DNA of 46,048 nucleotides, from positions 1-46,048 of the forward strand of contig CANRHP010000006.1 of assembly GCA_947630455.1 (NCBI GenBank). Direction: 5' to 3'. Positions within the stretch are counted from its first letter, which is position 1. Every line of letters starts with the position of its first letter. The notes under the pieces are model-generated. The model was not told the DNA's origin, searched no databases, and worked only from the letters and a program-made list of their open reading frames with translations. The translations under genes were made by a program, and so were the position numbers. Positions 28,212 through 37,948 of this stretch are shown here, piece after piece. This stretch comes from an uncultured Clostridia bacterium. GTDB lineage: Bacteria; Bacillota; Clostridia; Christensenellales; CAG-314.

Positions 28212-28667
28212 ATGAAAAAAATATTTTTTACGGCGGTGATAACTATTATGTGTATGTGCAGTTTTGTTTTCGGCGGAGCAGGAAATTCCCATTCCGTGCG
28301 TAAGCTTGACGCCGAGCAGCGTCCCTTTGAAGTATTTACTACTTTAGAGCAACTAAATGCTTACAGAGCAAGTCACGAGGGCGATTTTTTCAATTTGACG
28401 GAGGAAGAATACGGCAAATATGACGAAAAATTTTTCGACGAAAACGCCGTGGTCATGTTTCTCACACAGGGAATGAGCGGCTCGATAAAATGCGTCGCCG
28501 AGAAGACGCGTTTTGAGAACGACAAGCTGTATGTAACCGTCAAGGAACTCAGCCCGAGTATGCACACAATGGATCTTCACTACAATACGCTTGCCGTTTC
28601 GGTTTCAAAAGACATTGTTAAAGATATAAAATCCGTATTTATTGAAGCTTACAGAGTGGATATTTAA
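28212..28667 (+). CDS. Secreted protein, possibly PrcB C-terminal-like domain
   Basis: Signal peptide MKKIFFTAVITIMCMCSFVFG; YDEKFFDENAVV..SGS..LYVTV..TMDLHY pattern. Confidence 0.65.
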   Translation: MKKIFFTAVITIMCMCSFVFGGAGNSHSVRKLDAEQRPFEVFTTLEQLNAYRASHEGDFFNLTEEEYGKYDEKFFDENAVVMFLTQGMSGSIKCVAEKTRFENDKLYVTVKELSPSMHTMDLHYNTLAVSVSKDIVKDIKSVFIEAYRVDI

Positions 28668-28764
28668 CTAAGCCGACCCGGCATTGTAAATCTTTGCTCA
28701 ATTAATGGACAAATCGCGTAGTTTATGAGATAATTTTTCGGTAAAAAATATTTTGAGGTGAACA

Positions 28765-29916
28765 ATGAAACTGCATGAGGACATCAGATACATCGGCGTA
28801 AATGATCATGAGATCGACCTTTTTGAGGGACAGTACGCGGTTCCCAATGGCATGGCATACAACAGCTATGTGATTTTGGATGACAAAATTGCCGTTTTGG
28901 ACACGGTTGACAGGCATTTTACAAGCGAATGGCTGCTCAAGCTTGCCACCGAGCTCAACGGACGCACACCCGATTATCTCGTGGTGCAGCACATGGAACC
29001 GGATCACAGCGGCAGCGTCGCCGATTTTTTGAAGGTATATCCGCATGCCACCGTGGTGGGGAATGTAAAGACATTCCTTATTCTGGAAAACTTCCTCGGC
29101 AAAAAAGCCGTTGACAATCGTCTTGAGGTAAAAGACGGCGAAACGTTGACGCTCGGCAGCCACAGCCTTACTTTTGTGTTTGCGCCGATGGTGCACTGGC
29201 CCGAGGTGATGGTAAGCTACGACGCTTATGCCAAAACGCTGTTTTCCGCTGACGGTTTCGGCAAATTCGGAGCGTTGGATGTCGATGAGGATTGGGACTG
29301 CGAGGCACGTCGTTACTACTTCGGTATTGTAGGTAAGTACGGCAATTCCGTTCAGATTTTGCTTAAAAAAGCCTCGGCGTTGGATATCGGTACAATTTGT
29401 CCGCTGCACGGTCCGGTATTGAGTGAAAATCTCTCTCATTACATAGGCTTGTACAACACCTGGTCAAGTTATTCCGCCGAAAGTCGCGGCGTGTGCATTT
29501 GCTATACGTCGGTTTACGGTCACACTCGCGAGGCGGTAGAGCTTCTGCGCGAAGAACTGGGAAAAAACAAATGTCCCAAGATCGCCCTTTTCGATCTCGC
29601 TCGTGACGATATGGCGGAGGCATTGGAGGACGCTTTTCGATACGATAAGCTTGTGTTGGCGTCTACCACCTACAATGCAAGCGTATTTCCCTTTATGCAT
29701 GATTTTGTAACGCGACTTGCGGAACACAATTTTCAAAATCGGCGCGTTTACATTATCGAAAACGGCAGCTGGGCACCCATGGCTGCAAAAACCATCAGCA
29801 ATTTGCTTGCTCTTTGTAAAAACCTCACCTTTGACGGCACGGTGACTATTCTTTCCGCCTTGACTGATGAAAATCGTGCACAGATTGCCGCTTTGGCAAA
29901 AAAACTTTGCGAATAG
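28765..29916 (+). CDS. fprA: Flavodiiron protein (A-type flavoprotein, O2/NO reductase)
   Basis: YNSYVI, HMEPDHSG, HWPE, SADGFG, ICPLHG; C-terminal flavodoxin domain YTSVYGHT..NGSWA. Confidence 0.95.
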   Translation: MKLHEDIRYIGVNDHEIDLFEGQYAVPNGMAYNSYVILDDKIAVLDTVDRHFTSEWLLKLATELNGRTPDYLVVQHMEPDHSGSVADFLKVYPHATVVGNVKTFLILENFLGKKAVDNRLEVKDGETLTLGSHSLTFVFAPMVHWPEVMVSYDAYAKTLFSADGFGKFGALDVDEDWDCEARRYYFGIVGKYGNSVQILLKKASALDIGTICPLHGPVLSENLSHYIGLYNTWSSYSAESRGVCICYTSVYGHTREAVELLREELGKNKCPKIALFDLARDDMAEALEDAFRYDKLVLASTTYNASVFPFMHDFVTRLAEHNFQNRRVYIIENGSWAPMAAKTISNLLALCKNLTFDGTVTILSALTDENRAQIAALAKKLCE

Positions 29917-30056
29917 TCAAAAAATTCTATAGACATATATTCAACCCGAATAAACAGTAAATGTGCGTCTCTAATGCCGAAGTTTTTTTCAAGTGCGAGT
30001 AGTTGCTCCAATTGCGAAATGCAACCCAAACAGGCAGCGGAAAATTCTTGAAAATC

Positions 30057-30089
30057 AAAAAATCTCACCTATAAAGGTGAGATTTTTTT
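30057..30089. terminator. Bidirectional intrinsic terminator (fprA/pth)
   Basis: AAAAAATCTCACCT-ATAA-AGGTGAGATTTTTTT. Confidence 0.85.
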
Positions 30090-30100
30090 AGAAAATATGT

Positions 30101-30661
30101 CTAACCGTTGTACTTTTGCATAATGATGTCGATTGTTGCGCCGTTAACAAATTCGTCAAGGGCTGCTGCTGCATTGTCAAGCACGGGGTTCAGAAGGGCG
30201 TCGTCTTGGTCGGTCAGCTGCGAAAGCACGTAGTCGATTCGCTCCATCGGCGTATCCTTGCCAATGCCCACGCGTACTCGCACAAAATCCTCCGTGCCAA
30301 GCAGTTGTACAATATTTTTCATGCCGTTGTGACTGCCTGCCGAGCCCTTCGCGCGTATGCGCAGCTTACCCATAGGTATGTCGGTGTCATCGTAAACAAC
30401 GGCAAGGTTGCCTTTTTCGATCTTGTATTTGCGGCACAGCTCCGCAACGGCATTGCCGGAAAGATTCATATATGTTACAGGCTTGGCAATTATCACCTTT
30501 ATGCCGTTGACCTTTGTGTGCGCCGTCACAGCCATACATTCGCCCTTGTTAAATTCGGCGCCGAGCCGGGCTGCAAGTCTGTCAACAGCTGCAAAGCCCA
30601 TGTTGTGCGGCGTATGAAAGTATTTCTTTTCGGGATTTCCCAATCCTACAATCAGATACAT
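30101..30661 (-). CDS. pth: Peptidyl-tRNA hydrolase
   Basis: LIVGLGNP..HNMGF, KPVTYMNLSG, VYDD, GSAGSHNG. Confidence 0.97.
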   Translation of the reverse strand: MYLIVGLGNPEKKYFHTPHNMGFAAVDRLAARLGAEFNKGECMAVTAHTKVNGIKVIIAKPVTYMNLSGNAVAELCRKYKIEKGNLAVVYDDTDIPMGKLRIRAKGSAGSHNGMKNIVQLLGTEDFVRVRVGIGKDTPMERIDYVLSQLTDQDDALLNPVLDNAAAALDEFVNGATIDIIMQKYNG

Positions 30662-30684
30662 TTGTATTTCCTCTATTCGCGATT

Positions 30685-30746
30685 ATATTAACACAAAAGG
30701 CGTCAATTGTAAACAGGTTTACAACTTTGACCGAATGTGGTACAAT
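30685..30746. promoter_or_regulatory. Back-to-back sigma-A promoters for pth and mfd
   Basis: Plus strand: TTTACA (30718-30723)-17-TACAAT (30741-30746); minus strand: TTTACA (30713-30708)-17-TAATAT (30690-30685); both with TG extension. Confidence 0.7.
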
Positions 30747-30880
30747 CAATACAAAGTTTTCGCTGCGCAAAAACATTTTACTTTTGTATTCAAATCGTCA
30801 AACTGCCGCTTGCGGTGAAAGACGATTACCGCATTAAATGTAAGTTGAAATTGTTTTTGACGCAAGCTTAACTAACGACA

Positions 30881-33800
30881 ATGTACTACTTTTTCGATAG
30901 AGTAAACAATACGGCAGCGTATAGAAACCTGCTCGCAGAGACCCGTGACAAAAATTTTGTCGCGGCTTTCGGTGTGCAGCCAAACGAAAAGCCCTTTATT
31001 GCGGCAAATGTCAACGGCTTTGCCCTGTACGTAACAAGCGACTACGTTGAGGCACAGCGTGTGTTGCGCACGGTGGAGGCGATATGCGGCGGCAGGGCGG
31101 TATTTTTGCCCGCAAAAGAGGATGTGCTGCTCTACAAGTCCAACTATTCCAAAAGCGGCGTATTCAGTCGCAATCGCGCTCTGTATCAAATTTTGACGGG
31201 CGCCGAAGTGGCGGTTACCACCGTCAACGCGCTAATGCAGTATCTGCCCGATCGTAAAACATTTTTCGACGGATGCTTTACGGTCAAAAGTGGTGTCTGC
31301 TACGATACGGCAATGCTTGTAAAAAAGCTTGTGGCAATCGGGTACAAGCGTGTCGAGGGCATCTCTTCCGAAGGCGAGTTTGTTATGCGCGGCGACATTT
31401 TAGATATATCCATGCCCTTTGAGCAGCGTTTTCGTGTGGATTTTTGGGACGACGAGGTGGAGTCGATCCGCCGCGTCGACGACGATGGCGCATCCGGTGA
31501 AGCTGTGGAACAGTTGGAGATATATCCGCTCTATGACACTACGGGTCTGTCGCAAACCAAATTGAATGAAATAGCAAACTTTATATATTCACCCAAGCTG
31601 CGTTCAAGGACAAGTTCGGATGCCGCTGCACGTCTCAACGAAATACTGTCCTCGTTGTCTGCGTCGGCTGCGGGCGGAAAAGTAGACAGCGGTTGGTTGG
31701 TACCGTTCATCAAATGCTCTCCTCTTGCCGATTATCTGTCTGCGGATACGGTGGTGTTTTGGGATGAGCCCAAACAGCTTAGTCAACGCGTCAATTTCCT
31801 TTACCGTGAGCACGTTGAACGCGTAGCCAATCTTACAAAAGCGGGAGAGGTGCTGCCGCTGCACGAAAAAAGCTTAGTAGAACAATCGGAGGTATTTAAG
31901 CTCGATTTTCCTCAAATAGCGTTGCAAACACTTCCCTATCAAAGCGATTGGTTTACACCGGAGGCAATACACAACTTCAAAACGGGTGCGGTCGGCAGCT
32001 ATGCCGCAAGCTCCGACACGCTGGCAAAGGACATAAAGAATTGGCTGCGTTTGGGCTATGAAACGGTCATCTTTGCCGGCTCGGACGGAACTGCGTCCAC
32101 CAAGGAAAAGCTTGCCGCCGAGGGCGTGTATGTTACCGATTCGGAAAAGCTTTTACCAAATGCGGCGGACGCATTGGTTTTGTCGGCAGGAATTGAAAAA
32201 GGTTTCGTTTCACACACCAACAAGCTGGTCATTGTGGGAACACGGGATCTTGGGCGCGGGTTGAACCAACAGGCAATACACAAAAATCGCAAGCAAGCCT
32301 TCTTGTCCGTTGAGAAGGGAGACTACGTTGTGCATGATGTGCACGGTATAGGCTTGTGTGAAGGCATAGAAAAACTTACAACGTCCTCTGGCGAAAGTAA
32401 AGATTATATCGTTGTGCTTTACAAGGGCGGAGATCGGTTGTATGTACCGGTAGACTCAACCAATTTGCTCAGCAGGTATTCCGGCGGCGAAAATCCATCT
32501 TTGTCACGTCTGGGAGGAGAGGATTTTGCAAAGGTAAAAAACAAGGTCAAAAGCAGTGTTCGGGAGATGTCCATTGATCTCCTTAAGCTTTATGCCGAAC
32601 GGGAAAAGTCTCGCGGATTCCGTTATTGCATTGACGAATATCTGGACGAAGAATTTCAGCAATACTTTCCTTTCAAAGCAACGGAAGATCAGCTGCGCTG
32701 TCAGGAGGATATCCGAAAGGATCTGACAAGCGAACGTATTATGGATCGCCTGCTTGTCGGCGACGTTGGCTATGGAAAAACGGAGGTTGCAATGCGCGCC
32801 GCGTTTGATGTTGTAAGCAACGGATATCAGGTGGCGGTGCTTGCTCCAACCACAATATTGACCGAGCAGCATTACAAAACATTTTCCGACAGGATGAGTC
32901 ATTTTGATATACGTGTAGCCTGTCTTAACCGTTTTCGTTCGCCCGAAGAACAAAAGCGTATACTCAAGGACGTCGCGGAAGGTGGTGTGGACATTATAAT
33001 CGGCACTCACCGCTTACTTAGCAAGGACGTAAAATTCGACAGACTCGGATTGTTGATTCTGGACGAGGAACAGCGCTTCGGCGTGGAGCACAAGGAAAAA
33101 ATCAAGGCGATGAAAACAAGTGTGGATGTGCTTACCATGTCGGCAACGCCCATTCCGCGCACATTGCACATGGCGCTCAGCGGTATACGAGACATTTCCA
33201 CGATCACCACTCCGCCTATAGAACGCATAGCCGTCGAGACCTTCGTGGTGGAGGAGAGCGACGCTTTGATCGAGGACGTTATCACTCGCGAATTGGCGCG
33301 CGGCGGTCAGGTGTTTTGCGTATATAACAGCGTACAATCTATTGACGGCTTTGCACGGCGTCTTTCGGAAATGCTGCCCAATGCTCGTTTTACCGTGGCG
33401 CATGGTCAGATGGACGAAACGGCGCTGGAAGATGCAGTGATGTCCTTCGCCGACGGAAAGAGCGATGTGCTGGTGTGTACAACGATAATAGAAAACGGTA
33501 TAGACATTCCAAACGTCAATACGATAATAGTTATAGACGCCGATAAGCTGGGTCTTAGTCAGCTGTACCAGCTGCGCGGAAGAGTGGGGCGCGCAAACAG
33601 GCTTGCATACGCCTATTTTACATACCGCCGAGATAAAATATTGAGCGAGGTGGCGTACAAACGGCTGAGCTCCATTACCGAGTACAGCGAATTGGGCAGC
33701 GGTTTTAAGATAGCAATGAAGGATCTTGAAATTCGCGGCGCAGGCAATATTTTGGGACGTGAGCAGCACGGACATATTATGAAAGTGGGTTATGATATGT

Positions 33801-34306
33801 ATGCGCGACTTTTGCAGGAGACTATCGCAGAACTCAAAGGACAAAAGGTCGAGCAAAAGCTCAACACCGAGTTGGAAGTGGATATAGAAGCCTACGCTCC
33901 GGAAAGTTACATTCCGCGGCAGGCTGACCGCATGACTTTTTACAGACAATTGGCGGACTGCACATCTCTTTCAGAGCTTGATGAGCTTAAATCACAGCTC
34001 TCCGACGTCTACGGCGTTTGTCCAAAGCCTGTACTCAATTTGTTTTCCGTTGCCGCGCTCAAATTGCTTGCGGCAGGTGCCGGTATCAGCAAGGTTGTAG
34101 TGCGTCCTGCGCATGGCGAATTGACATTCGCTTCCAAAGAATATATGATGCGCAAGGAGGTTTTCGACGCGCTCGTCTCCGAGGGAAAGCGTGCGAGTGT
34201 TTCGTCGGACAGCTATACTATAGTGTTTGCGTCGTCGGATTTTCTGCAAAAGGACCGTCTTGTGGAAGCTTTGAAGGAATTTTTGCAAAGTATTCAAACT
34301 AAATGA
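30881..34306 (+). CDS. mfd: Transcription-repair coupling factor
   Basis: RGDILDI, GDYVVHDVHGIG, GDVGYGKTEVA, DEEQRFGV, SATPIPRTL, QLRGRVGR, DLEIRGAGN. Confidence 0.98.
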   Translation: MYYFFDRVNNTAAYRNLLAETRDKNFVAAFGVQPNEKPFIAANVNGFALYVTSDYVEAQRVLRTVEAICGGRAVFLPAKEDVLLYKSNYSKSGVFSRNRALYQILTGAEVAVTTVNALMQYLPDRKTFFDGCFTVKSGVCYDTAMLVKKLVAIGYKRVEGISSEGEFVMRGDILDISMPFEQRFRVDFWDDEVESIRRVDDDGASGEAVEQLEIYPLYDTTGLSQTKLNEIANFIYSPKLRSRTSSDAAARLNEILSSLSASAAGGKVDSGWLVPFIKCSPLADYLSADTVVFWDEPKQLSQRVNFLYREHVERVANLTKAGEVLPLHEKSLVEQSEVFKLDFPQIALQTLPYQSDWFTPEAIHNFKTGAVGSYAASSDTLAKDIKNWLRLGYETVIFAGSDGTASTKEKLAAEGVYVTDSEKLLPNAADALVLSAGIEKGFVSHTNKLVIVGTRDLGRGLNQQAIHKNRKQAFLSVEKGDYVVHDVHGIGLCEGIEKLTTSSGESKDYIVVLYKGGDRLYVPVDSTNLLSRYSGGENPSLSRLGGEDFAKVKNKVKSSVREMSIDLLKLYAEREKSRGFRYCIDEYLDEEFQQYFPFKATEDQLRCQEDIRKDLTSERIMDRLLVGDVGYGKTEVAMRAAFDVVSNGYQVAVLAPTTILTEQHYKTFSDRMSHFDIRVACLNRFRSPEEQKRILKDVAEGGVDIIIGTHRLLSKDVKFDRLGLLILDEEQRFGVEHKEKIKAMKTSVDVLTMSATPIPRTLHMALSGIRDISTITTPPIERIAVETFVVEESDALIEDVITRELARGGQVFCVYNSVQSIDGFARRLSEMLPNARFTVAHGQMDETALEDAVMSFADGKSDVLVCTTIIENGIDIPNVNTIIVIDADKLGLSQLYQLRGRVGRANRLAYAYFTYRRDKILSEVAYKRLSSITEYSELGSGFKIAMKDLEIRGAGNILGREQHGHIMKVGYDMYARLLQETIAELKGQKVEQKLNTELEVDIEAYAPESYIPRQADRMTFYRQLADCTSLSELDELKSQLSDVYGVCPKPVLNLFSVAALKLLAAGAGISKVVVRPAHGELTFASKEYMMRKEVFDALVSEGKRASVSSDSYTIVFASSDFLQKDRLVEALKEFLQSIQTK

Positions 34307-34326
34307 CATAAAACTAGACTAAACGC

Positions 34327-34355
34327 TTGCCAACTTGCAATTAAAATTGTATAAT
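34327..34355 (+). promoter_or_regulatory. Sigma-A promoter
   Basis: TTGCCA-17 bp-TATAAT upstream of the lipoprotein gene. Confidence 0.65.
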
Positions 34356-34415
34356 ATACGAGTATATGTGGCGGTATGTCCAAATTGTCCGCCGCAATCT
34401 TTAGGAGCAACAAAA

Positions 34416-36356
34416 ATGAGAAAAGCAACTAAAATACTTACGTTGATACTTATCGTTGTATTTGTTTTGAGCGTATTTGCCGGCTGCGACCTTGTGGGTC
34501 GAAACGTAGCCAAGTACCGCGATGCCAAAGCGTTTACGGTAGGTAACGAAACCATCACTGTAGGTAAGCTGCTGGATACCTTCAACAGCTACTACAACAA
34601 CTACTATTACTACATCAGCTCGGGCTATATTGATGCAAGTCAGCTTTTGGAAATGGCAATTTCCTCTCTTGTACAACAATATATGCAAATAGATGATTAC
34701 GTAAATAATCCTGCAAGCGTCAAGAACAATGTTTCCGGTCTGCAGGCGACCGTGCGCAATGCCGAGTATCTCAATGCGGATGAGTTCGCTTATGTCGTAA
34801 AGTACGTCAACTATTTGGCATACCAGGCATTTGACGGCTACACCGAGGACAACATTGCTTCGAAATACGATCTTGAAGATGCTCCGACGGAGGATACTTC
34901 TCGCGATTTCACCGTATACGATGAGCTCACCAATATGAAGGGTGAGCCGGCATCCAGCTTTGCAGAATACACCCGCGATCAAAACTTTGTAAGTAAGGAA
35001 GCCAACGAGTATTTCGAGGACAACTATCCGTTCCTCAACGTTACTGATGCACTCAATCTGAACGGTTATGTCTACGATTTGAGCGATAGTGAGCAGAAGG
35101 CAAAGGCCGAAGATCGCGTAAAGGAATACAATGACAGACGCACCGAGGAAGAAGAGGATGAACTGACTGTCGAAGAGTATGTAGAGATATTGGAGGATAC
35201 TCGCAAACAGTATCAGGAAACGGTGCAAAACAACTATGGTATTTCTCTGTCCGACTTTATGAACAATCAGCTTGGCGATATGGTCAACAGCTGCATCCTC
35301 GCAAAATGGAGCTATGAGCAGTATAAGGATATCGAAGCCGACAAGCAGGCATTGGAAGAGACCTTGAAAAAGCAATTTGAGGACGCTCGCAATGCACAGA
35401 TTGCGGACTTCAATATCAAAAATAATTTCGACAGCTTTATTACAAGTCTTGGCAGCAGCAGCAATATATACAACTTGCCGAAGGAAGCCGAAAACTACGT
35501 GTTTGTCAAAAATATTCTTATACCCTTTGACAGCTATCAAACGACGTTGCTCTCCGCATTGCAAAGTACTCTCGGTTCTGCCGAACGCGACGCTTACATC
35601 AAGGCACGCAATAAGGAGGCGGGCAAGATAGTTGCACAGTACTTTGATTCCGACAAATATGACGAAGAGATTGAAAAGTTGTTTGACAAGAACACTTGGT
35701 TTGAGGACAAGAAGAAAGAAGATGACGAAGACAGCCTGTGGAAGGCAAAGACGAACGTGTTTGTTTATGATGAAGCTACTGATACGCTCGCAATCAATCC
35801 CAATGGCGTACTGAATCAATTCTTTGCTGCGGACGGTACCGTCAATGCAATAGCCGACAAGACTAAGGCAGAAACTATCATCGAGCTGATGAAGCGTTTC
35901 AACACCGACACCGCGCAGCACACAGCAGCCTTTGATTATGTAGTGTATGTCGGTGACGACTGGGAAGATTATTCTCACAGCTGGGTAAAGGAGTTCTACA
36001 CCGCAGTCAACGAAGATCTTATTGCAGGCGGCAAAGAATACACACTGTGCGTATCCAGTTACGGCGTGCACATCATCTACCTCACCGGCAGAGTGAGTGA
36101 ATCCGACAAGTTATTTACTGAGTTCAGGCCTGACGATATTCTCAATTCCGCAACGCCCAGCTACAATCTGTTCAAAACCTATTTCAATTCGCAGATGAGT
36201 ATCAAAACAAATGCGGCATTCAAGGCTTTGCAGCAGTCCAAGTTGGATAACGCCGATTATATCAAGCTATCCTACGGCTTCAGCAAATTCCTCAAGGACA
36301 ACAACTTCAGCTTTGATTTCGACCAATTCATTGAAGAGCTGAAAGAGGAAGCGTAA
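34416..36356 (+). CDS. Large PrsA/SurA-like foldase lipoprotein (parvulin-like)
   Basis: Lipobox VFAGC; TVGNETITVG N-domain start; VKNILIPF and SSYGVHII parvulin-like motifs; position after mfd where clostridial prsA-like genes lie. Confidence 0.7.
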   Translation: MRKATKILTLILIVVFVLSVFAGCDLVGRNVAKYRDAKAFTVGNETITVGKLLDTFNSYYNNYYYYISSGYIDASQLLEMAISSLVQQYMQIDDYVNNPASVKNNVSGLQATVRNAEYLNADEFAYVVKYVNYLAYQAFDGYTEDNIASKYDLEDAPTEDTSRDFTVYDELTNMKGEPASSFAEYTRDQNFVSKEANEYFEDNYPFLNVTDALNLNGYVYDLSDSEQKAKAEDRVKEYNDRRTEEEEDELTVEEYVEILEDTRKQYQETVQNNYGISLSDFMNNQLGDMVNSCILAKWSYEQYKDIEADKQALEETLKKQFEDARNAQIADFNIKNNFDSFITSLGSSSNIYNLPKEAENYVFVKNILIPFDSYQTTLLSALQSTLGSAERDAYIKARNKEAGKIVAQYFDSDKYDEEIEKLFDKNTWFEDKKKEDDEDSLWKAKTNVFVYDEATDTLAINPNGVLNQFFAADGTVNAIADKTKAETIIELMKRFNTDTAQHTAAFDYVVYVGDDWEDYSHSWVKEFYTAVNEDLIAGGKEYTLCVSSYGVHIIYLTGRVSESDKLFTEFRPDDILNSATPSYNLFKTYFNSQMSIKTNAAFKALQQSKLDNADYIKLSYGFSKFLKDNNFSFDFDQFIEELKEEA

Positions 36357-36366
36357 GCTTATATCG

Positions 36367-36394
36367 ATGCACCCCATTGCGGGGTGCATTTTTT
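36367..36394 (+). terminator. Intrinsic terminator
   Basis: ATGCACCCC-ATTGC-GGGGTGCAT-TTTTT. Confidence 0.88.
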
Positions 36395-36432
36395 ATATCA
36401 TAAAAAACGACAAAATTTGACTTAATCGTACC

Positions 36433-36470
36433 GTTATATTGTAATATAACTAAAAATATGATAAAATATT
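36433..36470 (+). promoter_or_regulatory. Promoter with overlapping palindromic operator candidate
   Basis: GTTATATT-GT-AATATAAC (36433-36450) overlaps TTGTAA-17-TAAAAT. Confidence 0.5.
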
Positions 36471-36519
36471 ATTTAATATAGTATTTTCACTCGTAAAAAA
36501 CAATAAATTAGGACAAGTA

Positions 36520-37824
36520 ATGAAGAAAACTACCGATCAATTAGTCAAAGCAATAAAATTCAAAAAAATCAATCCCCTTGTAAATTCAGTACTTAGTCAA
36601 GTGGCACGTATTGTCTATTACAAACCGTGCAAGGTGGAAATTTCCCGCGAGATAAATCTTGACGATTACAAGGACAAGCCTGTGATTGTTGTGGCAAATC
36701 ATTCGTCACGTTTTGACTACGCATTTGTCAATTTTGCGATGAAAAGCCGAGCAATAAACTTTGTTGCTGCGGAAAACGAGTTTCATCGCTCAAAATTCAA
36801 GTTCATATTTAAGATAGGTCATGTTATTCCCAAGCGTAATTTTGTTCCGGACACGAAAACCATACGAGGCATTTCGCATATATTGCGCAAGGAAAAAGCG
36901 GGATGTGTAGGAATATTCCCATGTGGGATGAGCACCGCAAGCGGCGCACAGCAGCCGAGCATGATCGGTACGGGCAAGATGCTCAAGCACTTTGGTGTAC
37001 ATGTATTGGGGGTTCGCATACACGGCGGTTATTTGGTTTGTCCCAAGTTTGATGTCAAGGAGCGTTTCGGCAAGGTAGAATTGGAACTGTTTGAACTGTT
37101 TGATCCCGACAGCCTCAAGGAACTGTCCGCCGACGAAATACAGCTTAAGGTGGACGAGGCTCTGTTTTGCGACGACTATGAATGGAATAAGACGCGTCAG
37201 TACAGCTACAACCGTAAAGACGGCAAATATGCCGAAAATATGGAGCAAATTCTTTACAAATGCCCCAATTGCGGTACCGAAATGCGAATGGAGGGCAAGG
37301 GCAAGGATATCAGGTGCTTGCATTGCGGCAATGGCGCAACGTTGGACGACAAATACAATCTCACGCCCTATGTGGGCAGCAAAATACCGGTTGATCCGCG
37401 TGAGTGGTTCGATTGGCAGCGCAGAGAAATGAGAAAAACTGTCTTGGAACCGGATTTTGAGATGGAAGAGCATGTCAAGTTGAGCCTGATGCCCCGGTAC
37501 GGTCACATAGGTCACAACAAGGTGGCAAATGTTGTTGGCGAGGGAGTGCTGCATTTGGACAGTGAGGGCTTCAGCTACACGGGCACTCGTGAGGGTGAGC
37601 CATGGACGGTGTTTATTCCGCGCGACGCAATTCCCACAATATGTCTCCCGGTAGACGGAAGCTTCTTCTATACCTATGCGAGCGGTGAATTTTTATGTTT
37701 TACTCCGGATACTCCCAGCTGTATGCGCTGGTCGCTTGCTGTCGAAGAAATCTATCGCGCGTTCGGAGGTAAGTGGCGCAATTATCCTTGGTTTGACTAT
37801 GACGCTCCGATGAAATTGAAGTAG
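36520..37824 (+). CDS. PlsC-like lysophospholipid acyltransferase with C-terminal zinc-ribbon extension
   Basis: VVANHSSRFD (HX4D), IFPCG, CPNC..CLHC. Confidence 0.85.
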   Translation: MKKTTDQLVKAIKFKKINPLVNSVLSQVARIVYYKPCKVEISREINLDDYKDKPVIVVANHSSRFDYAFVNFAMKSRAINFVAAENEFHRSKFKFIFKIGHVIPKRNFVPDTKTIRGISHILRKEKAGCVGIFPCGMSTASGAQQPSMIGTGKMLKHFGVHVLGVRIHGGYLVCPKFDVKERFGKVELELFELFDPDSLKELSADEIQLKVDEALFCDDYEWNKTRQYSYNRKDGKYAENMEQILYKCPNCGTEMRMEGKGKDIRCLHCGNGATLDDKYNLTPYVGSKIPVDPREWFDWQRREMRKTVLEPDFEMEEHVKLSLMPRYGHIGHNKVANVVGEGVLHLDSEGFSYTGTREGEPWTVFIPRDAIPTICLPVDGSFFYTYASGEFLCFTPDTPSCMRWSLAVEEIYRAFGGKWRNYPWFDYDAPMKLK

Positions 37825-37836
37825 CGCCAAAAAGTC

Positions 37837-37866
37837 AAAGCTCCTGCAAAGCTGCGGGGGCTTTTT
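37837..37866 (+). terminator. Intrinsic terminator
   Basis: AAAGCTCCTGCA-AAGC-TGCGGGGGCTTTTT. Confidence 0.8.
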
Positions 37867-37948
37867 GTATGTCGGTTATACAATCTATTGATTCGACGTT
37901 TGATAGTATAAGATATATTTTGACGGCTTTTTCACATATTATAAATAT

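Noticed and set aside
28765-29916. FprA plus rubrerythrin as a novel system
   Set aside because: Ordinary anaerobe oxidative-stress genes, unlinked and 15 kb apart
34401-36071. 556-aa minus-strand ORF (also 33014-33949 and 36790-37554)
   Set aside because: Fully antisense to well-supported genes with unnatural composition; shadow ORFs
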